This document shows, piece after piece, positions 11,896 through 23,727 of a stretch of 32,868 nucleotides of DNA. The stretch's first letter is position 1, and the number at the start of each line of letters is the position of its first letter. The DNA comes from Folioceros fuciformis (lineage: Eukaryota), in contig JBNGIO010006379.1 of NCBI GenBank assembly GCA_049999805.1, positions 670,546-703,413 on the forward strand, in the 5' to 3' direction. Both the position numbers and the translations under genes were made by a program. The notes below the pieces were generated by a model. It did no database searches. It was given only the letters and a program-made list of their open reading frames with translations, and was not told the origin of the DNA.

Positions 11896-12452
11896 CCCCA
11901 CACCACACTAGCATCCCTGACAACGTGGGTTGTGCCATTGGAGTGTGGGCTGAGGTAGATGCCAGGATCCCCAGCTGCAAAATGGGGTAGCATCCCAACG
12001 CATGTGAGCCACAGGCGCACGTATGCCTCCAAAGGCCCCCCTTTGGAAGTCTTCCCTACATGCTCCCACACCATGCATGGCAGATGCGAGAAGAGGCGCC
12101 GGCCGCTCCATCATGCTTGGACTCGTGTTGCTCATTCACCCGGATTGTTCGATTAAAAAACCACACACCTAACCCCGAAAGCTGCAGACCTGGTCCCTGC
12201 GAGCTGGAATACTGAACGGAAAAGGAATAGCAAGTGGGCAAAAGCCTGGTCACTAGGAAGATACTCATTGGCCCCTCCCCAGTGAGGCACAGCACCTTAT
12301 TCCCGGGCCACTTATTGACTTGCCTATGCAAAGGGATTGAGAACTTGAACTCCCGCCTTCAGCAGTTTAGCACATCTCGCGTCCAGAGTATCCGGCGCCG
12401 CGCAATCCGAGCCCAGAAAGCAATTTTCGGACAGCAGGGATACGAGAGATCC

Positions 12453-13676
12453 ATGTCTCTCGACGGGCCTCTTCTGGGAGGCCATGTGGAGAAGCACTTC
12501 ACGGCGGGGGAAGTTGTGCGAGATATCGTGATCGGCATGTCGGATGGGCTCACGGTGCCCTTCGCCCTTGCCGCTGGTCTTTCAGGAGCTGCCACTCCTG
12601 CCAGGATCGTTGTGACTGCCGGGCTCGCGGAGGTGGCCGCGGGTGCAATTTCCATGGGCCTGGGCGGGTGTGCTCTCCACTCTCTTTCCTTATGCTGTGG
12701 ACTGGTTTCTGTTATGAAAAATGGTACTCTAGGTAAGGATCATGCCGGTGATTGAACTTTTGTTGATGATCCGCTTTATTTGGAGAGAAGATCTGCCTGC
12801 TTGGGCTTTCCTTCACGCCGCGATCAGCGGTAGACAACTCTGTAGATAACGAGGTGTGCTTATATCACGAGTCAGACACAGAAGCCCTTAAGATTTGACA
12901 CAGAGCCATGAATCCAGGTACCTGGCAGCTAAGAGTGATGCAGATCATTACAACAGTGAACGCAAACGAGAGCAAGAAGAAATTGTGACGGTGCCAGATG
13001 TTGGTGAGGAACACCTGCCCTGACGATATGACTGTTGTTGCCAAGTGGTCAAATGCCTGTAACTCCAGAAAGCTGACTTGTGCTTTTTGCTCCCGCAGAA
13101 GCCGATGAAGTCGCTGAAATCCTGCAGAATTTTGGCTTGACGGCTGAGGAGTGTCGACCAGTGGTTGCGGCACTTCGGAAGCGTCCGGAGGTGTGGCTGG
13201 ATTTTATGATGAGGTATCTATCTCCTCCGGGCGACGTAGCATTGAGCTTCGTACTTAATCGCTACGCGTCCTCGTGTGTTTCAGGGTTTTTCCGCAAGCG
13301 CGTGGCTGGCACACGCCCATACTAACAGATTTGATGCCACGAAACCTCTTGATGAGACGGCTGCTTTTTTTGGTGCAGGTTCGAACTGGGATTGGAAAAG
13401 CCTGAGCCAGGAAGGGCTATGCAGAGTGCCTTTACGATCGCATTGGCCTACGTCTGTGGGGGTTTGGTTCCTCTCCTCCCCTACATGCTCATATCCGAAG
13501 TCGATAAGGCGTTAAAGGTTTCAGTGGCATTCACCATTGTTGCCTTGCTCATTTTCGGGTACGTCAAAGGCAAGTTCACGGGCGCCAAGCCTTGGTGGAG
13601 TGCTGTCCAAACAGCCTGCATTGGGGCTGTTGCTAGCGCTGCAGCTTACGGTATTGCCTCCCTGATCGGAGGCTAA
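12453..13676 (+). CDS. VIT1: Vacuolar iron transporter VIT1 (CCC1 family)
   Basis: Exons 12453-12667, 12918-13003, 13099-13213, 13379-13676 give EKHFTAGEVVRDIVIGMSDGLTVPFALAAGLSGA..GAISMGLGGYLAAKSDADHY..WLDFMMRFELGLEKP..FGYVKGKFTG. Confidence 0.97.
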
Positions 13677-14581
13677 GAAAGTTGTAGGTACCGTCACCTG
13701 GTGACAAACGGAACATCGGGACGAGCAATGCCGATGTACTGTCCTCCCACAACGAACAAGTCTCGCCAGTTGGAATCGGGACGAGCTATGCGGATCTGCT
13801 ACGGTAGAGAACAAGTCACGCCAATTAGATTGGCGATGCCTATAATTTACTTGCTTCATACTTTGGGTACTGTGCACCTCGTGTTTGGCAGCCTGGAACC
13901 TATCCCACACTTTTGATGCCGTGGTAGAGGCACGGATGGTGGCAAGACTGTACACGTTTTCAACAACGCACGCAGGGGAACAGACGGCGGGGCCGTTCTG
14001 CCTGGTGAAGGTGTCTCGGCAATAGCACATTGTAAAAAAATTGCGAGTGCCCCTAAAACTGACATCATTCCGCGATTGAAGGCCTCTCCTACTTGTTAAG
14101 GCTCTTCCGTACGTCCCTCTATGTCCGTAAGTGATACACATTTTTCACTATCATTTGCTGCCGGCCTTTGAGTGCAATGCAAGTGCGAACCATGTTTGGA
14201 AGGAGCAACGACCAAGTTGAAAGTATAAAACACTTCAGAAGCCATGGGAGAGGAACGGATAGCGGCAAGGCGGAAAAAAATTTCAGTAATGCACTGGATA
14301 CAGATGACGGGGCCGTCCGTCCTACGATAAACTATGCCAGGTGAAGCTTCTCCAGCTACAGCCTATCCTGGTTTCACCACCAAAATGCAGTAGCAGAAAA
14401 TTGCGAGAGCCTCTCCTCCTGACATCATTCTGCTACTTGAGGGTCTCCTCCTTGCTAATGCGTGGTCTGCACTTCCCTTCCATCAGGAGTACACATTTAT
14501 CCGACGTCGAGGCAGGCTTCAATGCTCTCCTGCCTACCACCGTATGAAAACACCCACGTGTAATCACTGTCCGAGGCGACA

Positions 14582-17166
14582 TCACACAACTCGGTAGCTA
14601 TCAACCACCAGCCGGGTGGGCCCAGCGAATCTTGCAACCGTTCCAGTTTGCGTGTTCTTCACGGTGCCGACCTGAATTCAAACGATACAGATTCAGCAAT
14701 ATGCCACCGACAAAGTTGTCAACGGTGTCAAACAAATTTTAAATTGCCAAATGTCCTTTGTTTTACTATGCGTGTAGGCAACGGGCGCATACCTTGATAT
14801 CACAGAACGTCTTAGTGGCAGAGAATTTCACATCAATCGGGAAGAAGGCCGACGGATCTGCTGGTGGCACCACAAACTCCATGGTCCCACTATAGTTGTG
14901 GTGAAGTTTACCGACAGGAAGATGGTCAGATGTGTAACACACAGCAAAAGCGGAAGAAACTGGAATCACATAGATATGGTCCCTTACTTCCGATTCGTAT
15001 TATCAATCAAGGTGATGGACCATTCAAGGAGGGACTTTCGTGCATCATACCTGCCAGGACAAGATCCATCACTACAAAAAAGACATCGCTAATGTTTAGG
15101 GGATTTCACGTTTCTTCACTTACATCCATTCTCCATCAACCTGATTCATGCTTGGCGGATCCCGCAAAGGTGGCAAGGGTATGCTGATTACAACATTTTG
15201 CAGATCAAATGCTTTTGAGGCTTCATACTCAATGTTGATGTAACATTCTCCGCCGGAGACAGAGGGCCAGCAATTTACTGGAGACCACAATCCCACATCA
15301 GAGGTAGAGCTCACATCATGCAGTTCAGCTTTCTTGGCGCCAGGCTCAGAGCATTCAACACACAATTATGATCTCTAATGTTCAACAGTGAAACCCAACA
15401 GCCAAGCACTTACTGCCAAGAGGAACAAGAGAGTCCTGCTTGCTTTGCATTCGCCACTTCAATATGCCTGAGGGGCTACCAGTTGGAAAAGGTCTGTTTG
15501 GCTCCTTCAAGCCGAGTATATTCTCGGCTACATACAGGCCCTTGTCAATTAGGGGATGGGTCTTGAACTGGAAATTTCTGTTTTCACCCGTTTCAATCTG
15601 CAAAACTTGTTTCAAAGTGTCAGACCACCACACTTCTTTCACCCTGGATTGCATGGCATGCATCCTCAGGTTAGCTTTAGCAACCAGACAGAAAAAACCC
15701 TCCATGGGCCAAAAAAAAAAGTTTTTCATGCAAACCAGACCTGAACTTGTAGGAAGGCATCTTCTTGTCTTTGAACAACTAACGCCATTGCACCCTGCAC
15801 TTCAAATTTCTCTAGACCACCGTCCTTCTTCAAAGTGACGTCAAGCCTCTCTTCCACAGTAATAGTGATAGGATCTGTAGGGACAAAAGTTGTCTGCAAA
15901 GGCCCAGGTGCCGCATGCACATCCTCCACAATCACTTCACCTTCCGCCTTCAAGGATTCTAAGAACTGGTTTGCCTTCTGTGACTTGCCAAGCTTCATAC
16001 CAGCTCCCTTGGCCACAGCGGCGACAGGTTGTGTTGACCGTCCTGTAATGATGAAAGATCAGCTTATTAGGATGCACCAAGCACACCTAACCGGCATTTC
16101 TCCCTGAACAATATTAGAGGTTCCGCTAAAGGGAGAGGAGTAAGTGCAAACAACCTTTTGTTTTTACGAAGGGGTCTGGATCTAGGGCTGAGAGGAATCC
16201 CGAACTGCTCCCCAGATCACTTAAGTCACTGATGCCATTATCAAACCTGATGGCTCCCGAAGAGTTAACAGACGCAAAACCCCCTTTCAATTCCCGTTGC
16301 CTGTCACTCTGCAAGACCTGCATACACAATCATCCACTTCCTTAGCTTGGGCAACTTCTCTACAGTTTCAAAGCATCCTACAACGCAAAGCCAGCTAGGC
16401 AAAATCTCACAAGAAGTAAACGAAAAATCGAATTCAATACCTTGTTCTTATCAATCTCACTAGCCTTCCGCTTCATCACATCCTTAGTGTCGTTGATCTT
16501 GCTCTGGATAATCAGCTTGTGCAGTCTTTCCTCATGACTCTCCATTTCTGTGTATTGTTTAACTTGCGCCACAGTGACATTTTCCTTGTGGCCCAAAGAA
16601 ATGACCTCGTCAAAGGCAAAGATCAGCGTGAAGGCAACGGTGCAGATCTCCTCTTCGTCAAGTGTCGGGCAGTACTCCGGAACCTAATCCAGTAAAAAAC
16701 AAACCGAATTGAGCAGGGCATGACACCGCGTTCGCAAGACTGCTTCATCCCCGACGAGCGATAAAGATCGATTAAAACGATACCAGCTTCGACAAGAGCC
16801 TGAGCGTCTCCAAATCCTCCAGTATGTTACTCTGTTTGTTGGTCACAAGGAGGAGATACAAATTCTCCATCGGCTGATACACGTAGCGAACGTTCTCAGT
16901 CTCCACAAAAGTATGCTGCTTTCCACTCCCAACGAGCTTCGGGAAGGCAGCAAGCAGCCCTTCGATCCGTATCCTTGGCATGTCTACGAACTGCCGGGAA
17001 ACAAGAGCTGGCGCAACAGAAATAGAAGTCAGCATAGTCCGACCACCCTTACGTCAATTTGCCAAGACCTGACGGCCATAGATCCAGAGCAGAACCTGAA
17101 ACCAGTGGATCCAGATCGCGCACCTTTCCCGGTCTTGCTGATCACTGAAGCCGCTAGGACCACCAT
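14582..17166 (-). CDS. delta-COP: Coatomer subunit delta (delta-COP)
   Basis: About 10 GT-AG exons give [97 protein letters not shown] and [11 protein letters not shown], ending LVVDSYRVV* (TGA at 14582-14584). Confidence 0.96.
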
Positions 17167-17770
17167 GATGGCAGGCCGGAGAGCTCCTCGTGGGTGACGG
17201 CTCGATCTGCCGCACGGTTCTCCCTTCTACAAGCACCTTGCACGGCCTTGGTGTGTTTGTCCTCCTACATCTATGTTCCGCAACTAGACGCTCCTCTGCC
17301 CACTGGACACATTTCGTAACTTAATCGTGCAGTTTGGCTTTTGTATTTTTCACTTGTTTGCCCTAAGCGCTTACAAATGCCGCCCGTAAGGTAAGTCACT
17401 GGTAGACAACTTGTGCATGCTAATCTACATGCTAGAGTGCGTGTTAACGCATCCGATCCCTGAGATGCACTAAATGTTGGTAGCTGCCAAAAAACGGGGG
17501 GCCGGGCCAAGGCGTAGAATGCTGCGGGAATAGGAAGAGAGGAAATATGTATGCTGATTCATACAAATCTTTACGTCCAGGGCTACCTGAAAACCGTGAT
17601 CAGGTGCCAAAAACATCGATCAAGGCTCAACGAGTGTGCCAGTCCAGACATGGCTGATTGTCTACCGAGGATGCAAATTTTACAAAGGCACTGAAGCGTT
17701 GCGGCCAGCCCGATGAATTGCCTGCTGCAGGCTGGATGAGGATTGTGTGAAAGAACTGAAGAAGAGGCCA

Positions 17771-18397
17771 CTAGTGCTCCAAGTGGAAAACATATTCGGT
17801 CAGGTTTTGCAAGTGACCCTTGTCCTTCTTCTGCTGCGAAGGAGGTGCCACCCGGGTAACACAGAGCATCCTAGTGGCGGGATCCAGCACCCAGCCGTGC
17901 TGCGCGGTGAAGGCCGCCGTGTCGTTCTCCGACAGCCCGAGGAACCTGGCAGCGTCCGCAATGCTGATGGTGGAGTAGGCCGTGGACAGGAGCTGGAAAA
18001 TTTTGCGCGAGTACTCCTCGGCCACAGCGCAAACCACAGACTGCACATCCGGACTCCAATTAAAGCCGCGCAGCGCTTCGTGCACCCCAGCGTGATCCCT
18101 GATCCACATGCACTGCCCGATCCTCCATGCGGCCACCACTTCCGGCTGATTCTGCTTCACCTGCGCCGGAATCTGCTTCCACACGAACCTGGCCGAGTCC
18201 AGGTCCTGCACAGCCACATGAGCAAGGATGTGTACTGCATAAGGCCAGTCCTGCGGCTTGACGCGCCCCGCTGCCAGACCCTCCAACTCCAAGGTGTCGC
18301 AGATGGCCGCCAGGTCCTTGAATCGCCTAGCTTGGATGGTCTCGTGGATCGCGTTGAGGCTCATGTCTGCGCCCGATGACGCGGCGGGCACACCCAT
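17771..18397 (-). CDS. CSN8: COP9 signalosome subunit 8 (intronless)
   Basis: 208-aa ORF with DWPYAVHILAH..LDSARFVWKQIP..PEVVAAWRIGQCMW..LLSTAYSTIS..GWVLD and the characteristic end LTEYVFHLEH*. Confidence 0.95.
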   Translation of the reverse strand: MGVPAASSGADMSLNAIHETIQARRFKDLAAICDTLELEGLAAGRVKPQDWPYAVHILAHVAVQDLDSARFVWKQIPAQVKQNQPEVVAAWRIGQCMWIRDHAGVHEALRGFNWSPDVQSVVCAVAEEYSRKIFQLLSTAYSTISIADAARFLGLSENDTAAFTAQHGWVLDPATRMLCVTRVAPPSQQKKDKGHLQNLTEYVFHLEH

Positions 18398-18593
18398 GGC
18401 GTTCCTCGACTATGTTCCCGTCATGTAAAGTTGCCGTTTCCGGAGACAGGTCTAGGTGAACATTTTACAATTTAGGGCTAGGGCACATATGTACAAAGCC
18501 CTGTTGCCCGATTGCTTGATTCTCTTTTCGCCGGCCACAGGCTATCAGTCTCTGCGACTACTGGGTGCGGGGCGCGGCCGCGCTTCGGGAATC
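18398..18593. promoter_or_regulatory. Very compact divergent promoter region between CSN8 and RPL32
   Basis: Only 196 bp separate the two start codons. A telo-box-like TTTAGGGCTAGGG lies at about 18471-18483. Confidence 0.6.
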
Positions 18594-19285
18594 ATGGTGA
18601 CTCCTTTAGTGAAGCGGGTGGTGGTGAAGAAGCGCGTGAAGAAGTTCAAGCGCATGCAGTCTGATCGCAAGATCTCTGTGAAGGTGAGTTCCTCGAACCC
18701 AGGGTTTAAGAGCACGCGGCTTGAGTTTTTCCCCTTCGCTGGCTGTGGTGTGGTGATGGATTGGGTTTGCGAGGCGTCCTGCTTTTTCGGAGTATGATAT
18801 GGTTTGCTGAGGCGTATCGGGTTGGGGACTCAGGTGGTTGGTTGATTGATAACTGGCTGTGCTATCCAGGAGAACTGGAGACGGCCGAAGGGTATTGATT
18901 CCCGCGTGAGGAGAAAGTTCAAGGGAACGACTTTGATGCCTAACATCGGTTACGGCTCAAACAAGAAGACCCGACATGTGCTTCCCAGCGGGTTTGTCAA
19001 GTTCCTTGTGCACAACGTGAAGGAGCTGGAGCTGCTGTTGATGCACAACAGGTGTGTCACGTATGTTGTGAAGCATTTTTGTATCATTTTCTTTGCGTGT
19101 GTTGCAAAGGGAGTAGGGTTTATTCGGGAATTTACACTGTCCTTCTTACGTGCAGGAAGTACAGTGCAGAAATTGCCCACAACGTGTCAACTGCGAAAAG
19201 GAAGGCCATTGTCGAAAGGGCTCAGCAGTTGAACGTCGCCGTGACCAATGCCTCTGCTCGTCTTCGCAGCCAGGAGGATGAGTAG
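18594..19285 (+). CDS. RPL32: 60S ribosomal protein L32 (eL32)
   Basis: Exons 18594-18683, 18870-19051, 19156-19285 give [88 protein letters not shown]. Confidence 0.98.
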
Positions 19286-19432
19286 CCAATTTTTGTTTGT
19301 TAGGTCTTTCAGCCCGTTTCTGTGGAAACAGTGTTGCGTATTTTTTTTTAGTGGTGGCAGGGTCCTGTCCTCTCGCCATCTCTTTGAAACGAGGCATCGT
19401 GTTTTGCTTTCTCTAAGCAGTGTCTCTCCTCA

Positions 19433-19610
19433 TTGCTTGACCGTGTAGCCCCTTGAGTCTTTCCAAAACCTGTTTGCTTGACCGTGTAGCCCCTTGAGTC
19501 TTCGCAAAACCTGATTGCAAAACCTGATTGCTTGACCGTGNNNNNNNNNNTTGAGTCTTCGCAAAACCTGATTGCAAAACCTGATTGCTTGACCGTGGAG
19601 CCCCTTGAGT
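19433..19610. repeat. Tandem repeat of about 40-55 bp (TGCTTGACCGTGTAGCCCCTTGAGTCTTCGCAAAACCTGAT...), interrupted by a gap at 19541-19550
   Basis: At least 4 units are visible. The N-run indicates the array is not fully assembled. Confidence 0.9.
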
Positions 19611-20373
19611 ACGCGGGCCTTCCAAGACACCGGGTTATCCGGTCCCTCAACTTCACTGTGGCTTTTACTCCTCACTGGGTGCTGCACGTGGCCATCCTCT
19701 TCTCGCAGAGCTGCTGGAGTGATTTTTTTAAGAGAGTTGAGAAGTCCCCTCACTTAGAGTGGGAACGAAGATTTTGTTCGTCTTTTGAAGCTACGCGTGT
19801 AACAAAATAGCTTCCTCGTCTCTCCTGAAGGCAGCTGAGTTTCTGACCACAAGCACGAGGAAGCATCACGATCGTCCAGGGCGGCCTCCTCACGTTAGCG
19901 ACAGGCCATGTAAATTCACAGAGTTGAGGCTAAGTGAGGCACGAGGCTGGTTACCTGGGCAACATTCTGATCAGTTAATTGAGTGCCTGCCTCGCTGTTC
20001 TCTAGAGTCTAGAGCAGTCCCCGGCCCGGAGAGACCGAGCATCGCTAAAGACATGGGAGAGACTCGCGGGCATAGCTGACAACATGGAGAAAGGGTAACC
20101 TGGAAATCTTGCACGCTTTATATATATGCGAGAAGACACGTACAAAAGGTTTCAGCGCACATTACAGCATAGCTGTCTGCAACGATGGGCTAAGGCTTCA
20201 TCTCTGCGTGAATTGGTGACAGGCTTCCGGAGGCCCGGGCCATTCTCTGCACACTTCCTTTTCAAAACAATGGCCCACTTTGCAGCTTAGAGCCTTGCTT
20301 GATTCCAGATGTCCCTGACCAGAAGCCTCCGGATGATGAAGCCATTCAACCCATGCCTGCAGCAGCAGGCGCT

Positions 20374-20569
20374 TCATTTGCAGTCGCACTTGTTGGCATC
20401 GCCACTGCACCTGACGCAGTCGGGGTCTCCACCGGCCGCGGCCAGGACCAAGTTCCTGTGATCAAACAGAGGATTCAATCCATCAGAACGCTGGGCCAGC
20501 ACAAGTGTGCAAACGGAGAGACAGTCGAAGAAAGAGAAGGCGGAGGTCGTACACGTTGCCGGAGGCCAT
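20374..20569 (-). CDS. Small Cys-rich peptide, copy A: MASGNVNLVLAAAGGDPDCVRCSGDANKCDCK (32 aa)
   Basis: Exon 1 20553-20569 (17 nt), intron GTACGA..CACAG 20456-20552, exon 2 20374-20455. TATAAAA on the minus strand at 20674-20680. Paralogous to three other copies. Confidence 0.85.
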
Positions 20570-21539
20570 GATCGCTGAGAAGAGTCGGGGAGGAGAGCAA
20601 AGAGCGATGTAATGAAGCAGAAGGCGATGGAAGCGGAAGAGCAGTTGATGAGAAATGGTCTGCCTGCCAGGCCTTTTATAGCAGGCCGGGAGCGGTTTTG
20701 CCCCTACCTGGCTGGCGCAACCTGCTGGGCTAGCTGTTGGCGGTGGCGAAGGCACGGCCCAGCCTGTGGCGGGGTTGGTGGTGGTCCATCTGATTCCACC
20801 AGCTACCAGGCCCCAAGAATCAGGAGCAGGACGCCGCAGCGGGGCAGCCACACACGCCATGCAGCCGTGCTGGCAAGAGGCCGAGCCGCCGGACCCCGAG
20901 CCCGGGCCCACAAGCTACCCTGCGCAAGGAATCTCTTGTGATCAGACTGGTGCTGAGGAATCTGGGAGGCAGAGTTCTTCCCGAGCCCGAAATCGGCCCA
21001 GCTGCTGCAGTGCCCATCATCAACGTACAACGGCTTCTACAGTTCCCTTGGAACCGAGCTCAACCTGAAGATCTAGGTACAGTTCGCGCTACCGGTAAAC
21101 GGAAGAACGTACCAACCTTGGGCGCTTCAGCTTCAGCGACAGGTATGGGACAACTTTGTGTACAAGATTGTGGCCTACAGCTAGCTGCGAAGAAATTAGG
21201 ATTCTTGTCTGGATTTCGAGCCTCGTCTGTCTACATGACACAGTGTCCATTGCAGCAACCCAATTCGAGCACGGACAGTCTTGAAGGCTTGTCGGTGCAG
21301 AGACACCCTCCGTCTTCATCCAATATCCTACACACCAGTTCAAACAGCTGACGTACCTTGCTTGCAAGTTGGAATTGTGGCTAACCCATAACCATTTGCA
21401 ACTGGCCCAGGAATATATAGTTTGAATTCCTACTCCCTCTTCTTTTATTCGCACCACAAGTTCTAGACTTGAGCGCTGGGTTGTAATTCTATAACATTTC
21501 CAACGTGTGTGACGTTTGTCGTCCATGCCCATGCCGTCG

Positions 21540-21810
21540 TGCACGGATAAGAAAGAATCCTGTCCAGGGGACGTCTTCAAAAGCCGCTCTGCTTTTGCTA
21601 CACCTCCCATGTCCATGGGCCGCACCAAGCTTGCGTGCACATCAAGGAGTATACCGTATGACTTGACTACCACGCCAGCCAGCGAGGTATCCATCTCTCT
21701 GCCTGGAATTGCACAACTGATCCTGCCGGCGAGCTTCCAAGAGGGCATCACCGTCGTACATGTGCATGTATGTAATAGTGCCTTGAAAATGTTGGGTACA
21801 GACTAACTGC
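21540..21810 (-). pseudogene. Possible highly degenerate PPR fragment
   Basis: The minus-strand frame reads IFKALLHTCT..LAGRISCAI..EMDTSLAGVVVKSYG..GGVAKAERLLKTSPGQDSF, loosely echoing L-S motif spacing. The resemblance is weak. Confidence 0.25.
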
Positions 21811-22486
21811 TCTCCGAGAATCTATGCTGGGACAGTGGGAATCCAGCCAATGGGCAGGTGCAGTGGGTGCAACCTTGAAGGGAGCCTATTTTATCTATTA
21901 ACGAGTGATGCACCGTCAGCTAATTGGAACGAGAAAATCATGTATGTGCAGACCAGCAAGCTCGAGTCTGGGTAGCGTGGCCCAACGTCCCTCTGTTGTG
22001 TGACTGCAATGACAGTGTCCAGGTCCGTTGCTCTGAGGGAGGGTTGTCGGGATGTCGACAGCAGACCCACAGCGTATTTTCAGCTACAAGAGCATAGGCC
22101 AATGCGTTTGCAAGAAAAGATCGTGAGGGAAGTTCCCGAATTCCCACCGAGTCCTCAAAATCTTTCGATCCGTTTGTGAAGACAACGTAGATAGGTATGC
22201 GCCGCTTTATAACAGAGAGCCAAAACGGCTTTTACGAGCTACAACAACATGACATCCCAGCCCATCTCCTACCCGCTATGCGAGACTGGAGACGGCTTGG
22301 ATTCCAGACGACTCGAGCGAGACAAGCCTTTTGAAAGATGGACTCAGGCCGTTTCCGATTGGGGTACGTTTCCACACGAGAGGCTCCATTTCAGCCCCAA
22401 GTTGCAAGCAGGATGCGGAAGATGGAATTTGAGTGAAAACCGCCTCCACGGGGAGGCCAGCCTGCTTGCTTGCGCTTTGGCGCACT

Positions 22487-22700
22487 TCATTTGCAGTCGC
22501 ACTTGTTGGTATCGCCGTTGCACTTGCTGCAGTCGGGGTCGACGGCGCCAGCCGCCAGGACCAAGCTCACGTTCCTGCACTCACTCACACCACAGCCAAC
22601 GCTGGATCAGCGCTCAGGCGCCTGAACAAGAAAAGCCAAGGAAAGGAAAGCCGAGTCGCAAGTGTTGCAGGGGAACCACGTACACGTCTCCGGAGGCCAT
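22487..22700 (-). CDS. Small Cys-rich peptide, copy B: MASGDVNVSLVLAAGAVDPDCSKCNGDTNKCDCK (34 aa)
   Basis: Exon 1 22684-22700 (17 nt), intron GTACGT..GTGCAG 22575-22683, exon 2 22487-22574. TATAAA on the minus strand at 22818-22823. GCCATGG start context. Confidence 0.85.
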
Positions 22701-23512
22701 GGCTGAGGCTGAGCGAGGCGAAGGCCGAAGCTTGGATCAGAGAAGAGGAAGGGAGCTCGGATCGCAGAAGGCCAAGCAAGCTGGAGTGTGTGGGACGAGC
22801 CGAGTCCCTGCTGGGCCTTTATACTCCCCAGCCCAGTAGAGGAGAGGCCCGCAATTGGCCGAGCCCAGCCTGGCCCCACCTAGCTGGGCCCCTCAGGCTC
22901 CCCCTGGGATGTGTAGGCGGGCGAGGCCGACGGGTCTCTGTCGTCCCTATGGCTTCCCAACTTGCAACTGCCACCGACCTCCTGCCATTGCCGTTGCCGT
23001 TGCAGTTGTTTCCACCGCCCACCTCCTGGCCCCTGGAAGCTCGAGAATGGGATGGAAGATTCCACACCAGCACGGACACGAGCATGAGCACGGGCATGGG
23101 CATGGGCATGGGCACCGGAAGTCCTTCTGCTTCCTCAGGAGAGGGCCCAGGTCGGATGTCGATTCCACCTTCTCAGAGTTCAGAGGCTAGGTCACTCCGT
23201 GCTCCAAATGAATCGGGACATGTCATGAGCCATGCCGCATCAAAGGTGCTATTTCATCTATACAGGGAAAACAAGTACCCTGGGACCGAGGACCGGATCT
23301 GCATCCAACTGGCCCAAGAACCCGCGGCCAGCGGAAAGCTCCACTGGATATTTATGTGTCCGAGGAGGTACTCAGACTCTTTTTGCCTTGCCTTGAGTTG
23401 TCCAGCAATGTTTTTGTGCTTCGATCCGTTCTTCGTGGAGGACATGCATGATGAAGTTAGGGTCCACATGTGCCTGGAAAGGCTTCACTAATTGGAAGGG
23501 CCTAGAATTGCC

Positions 23513-23727
23513 GAGAGAATTGCAAGCTCACCTTGTCAATGAGCTTGTGAGGAGAATTGCANNNNNNNNNNAGCTCACCTTGTCAATGAGCTTGTGAGGA
23601 GAATTGCAAGCTCACCTTCTTCACCCTCTCAATGAGCTTGTGAAGAGAATTGCAAGCTCACCTTCTTCACCCTCTCAATGAGCTTGTGAAGAGAATTGCA
23701 AGCTTACCTTCTCAATGAGCTTGTGAA
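23513..23727. repeat. Tandem repeat of about 38-46 bp (GAGAATTGCAAGCTCACCTT...TCAATGAGCTTGTGA), with a gap at 23562-23571
   Basis: At least 5 units are visible around the N-run. Confidence 0.9.

Noticed and set aside
12453-13676. Functional linkage of VIT1 with the putative metal-binding peptides as a metal-homeostasis cluster
   Set aside because: They are separated by three unrelated housekeeping genes. Proximity in a gene-dense eukaryotic region is not evidence.
22052-22061. ATGTCGACAG, close to the zinc-deficiency response element RTGTCGACAY
   Set aside because: A single imperfect match about 1.5 kb upstream of copy A, not repeated at equivalent positions in the other promoters.
22433-23491. 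352-aa plus-strand ORF and related ORFs (20299-20571, 24216-24611, 26409-26831) sharing 'SFAVALVGIAVALAAVGV', which looks like a TM helix family
   Set aside because: They are antisense readings of the peptide exon. Shared similarity across all four is confined to that exon, and the TATA, ATG, splice sites and stop are all on the opposite strand.
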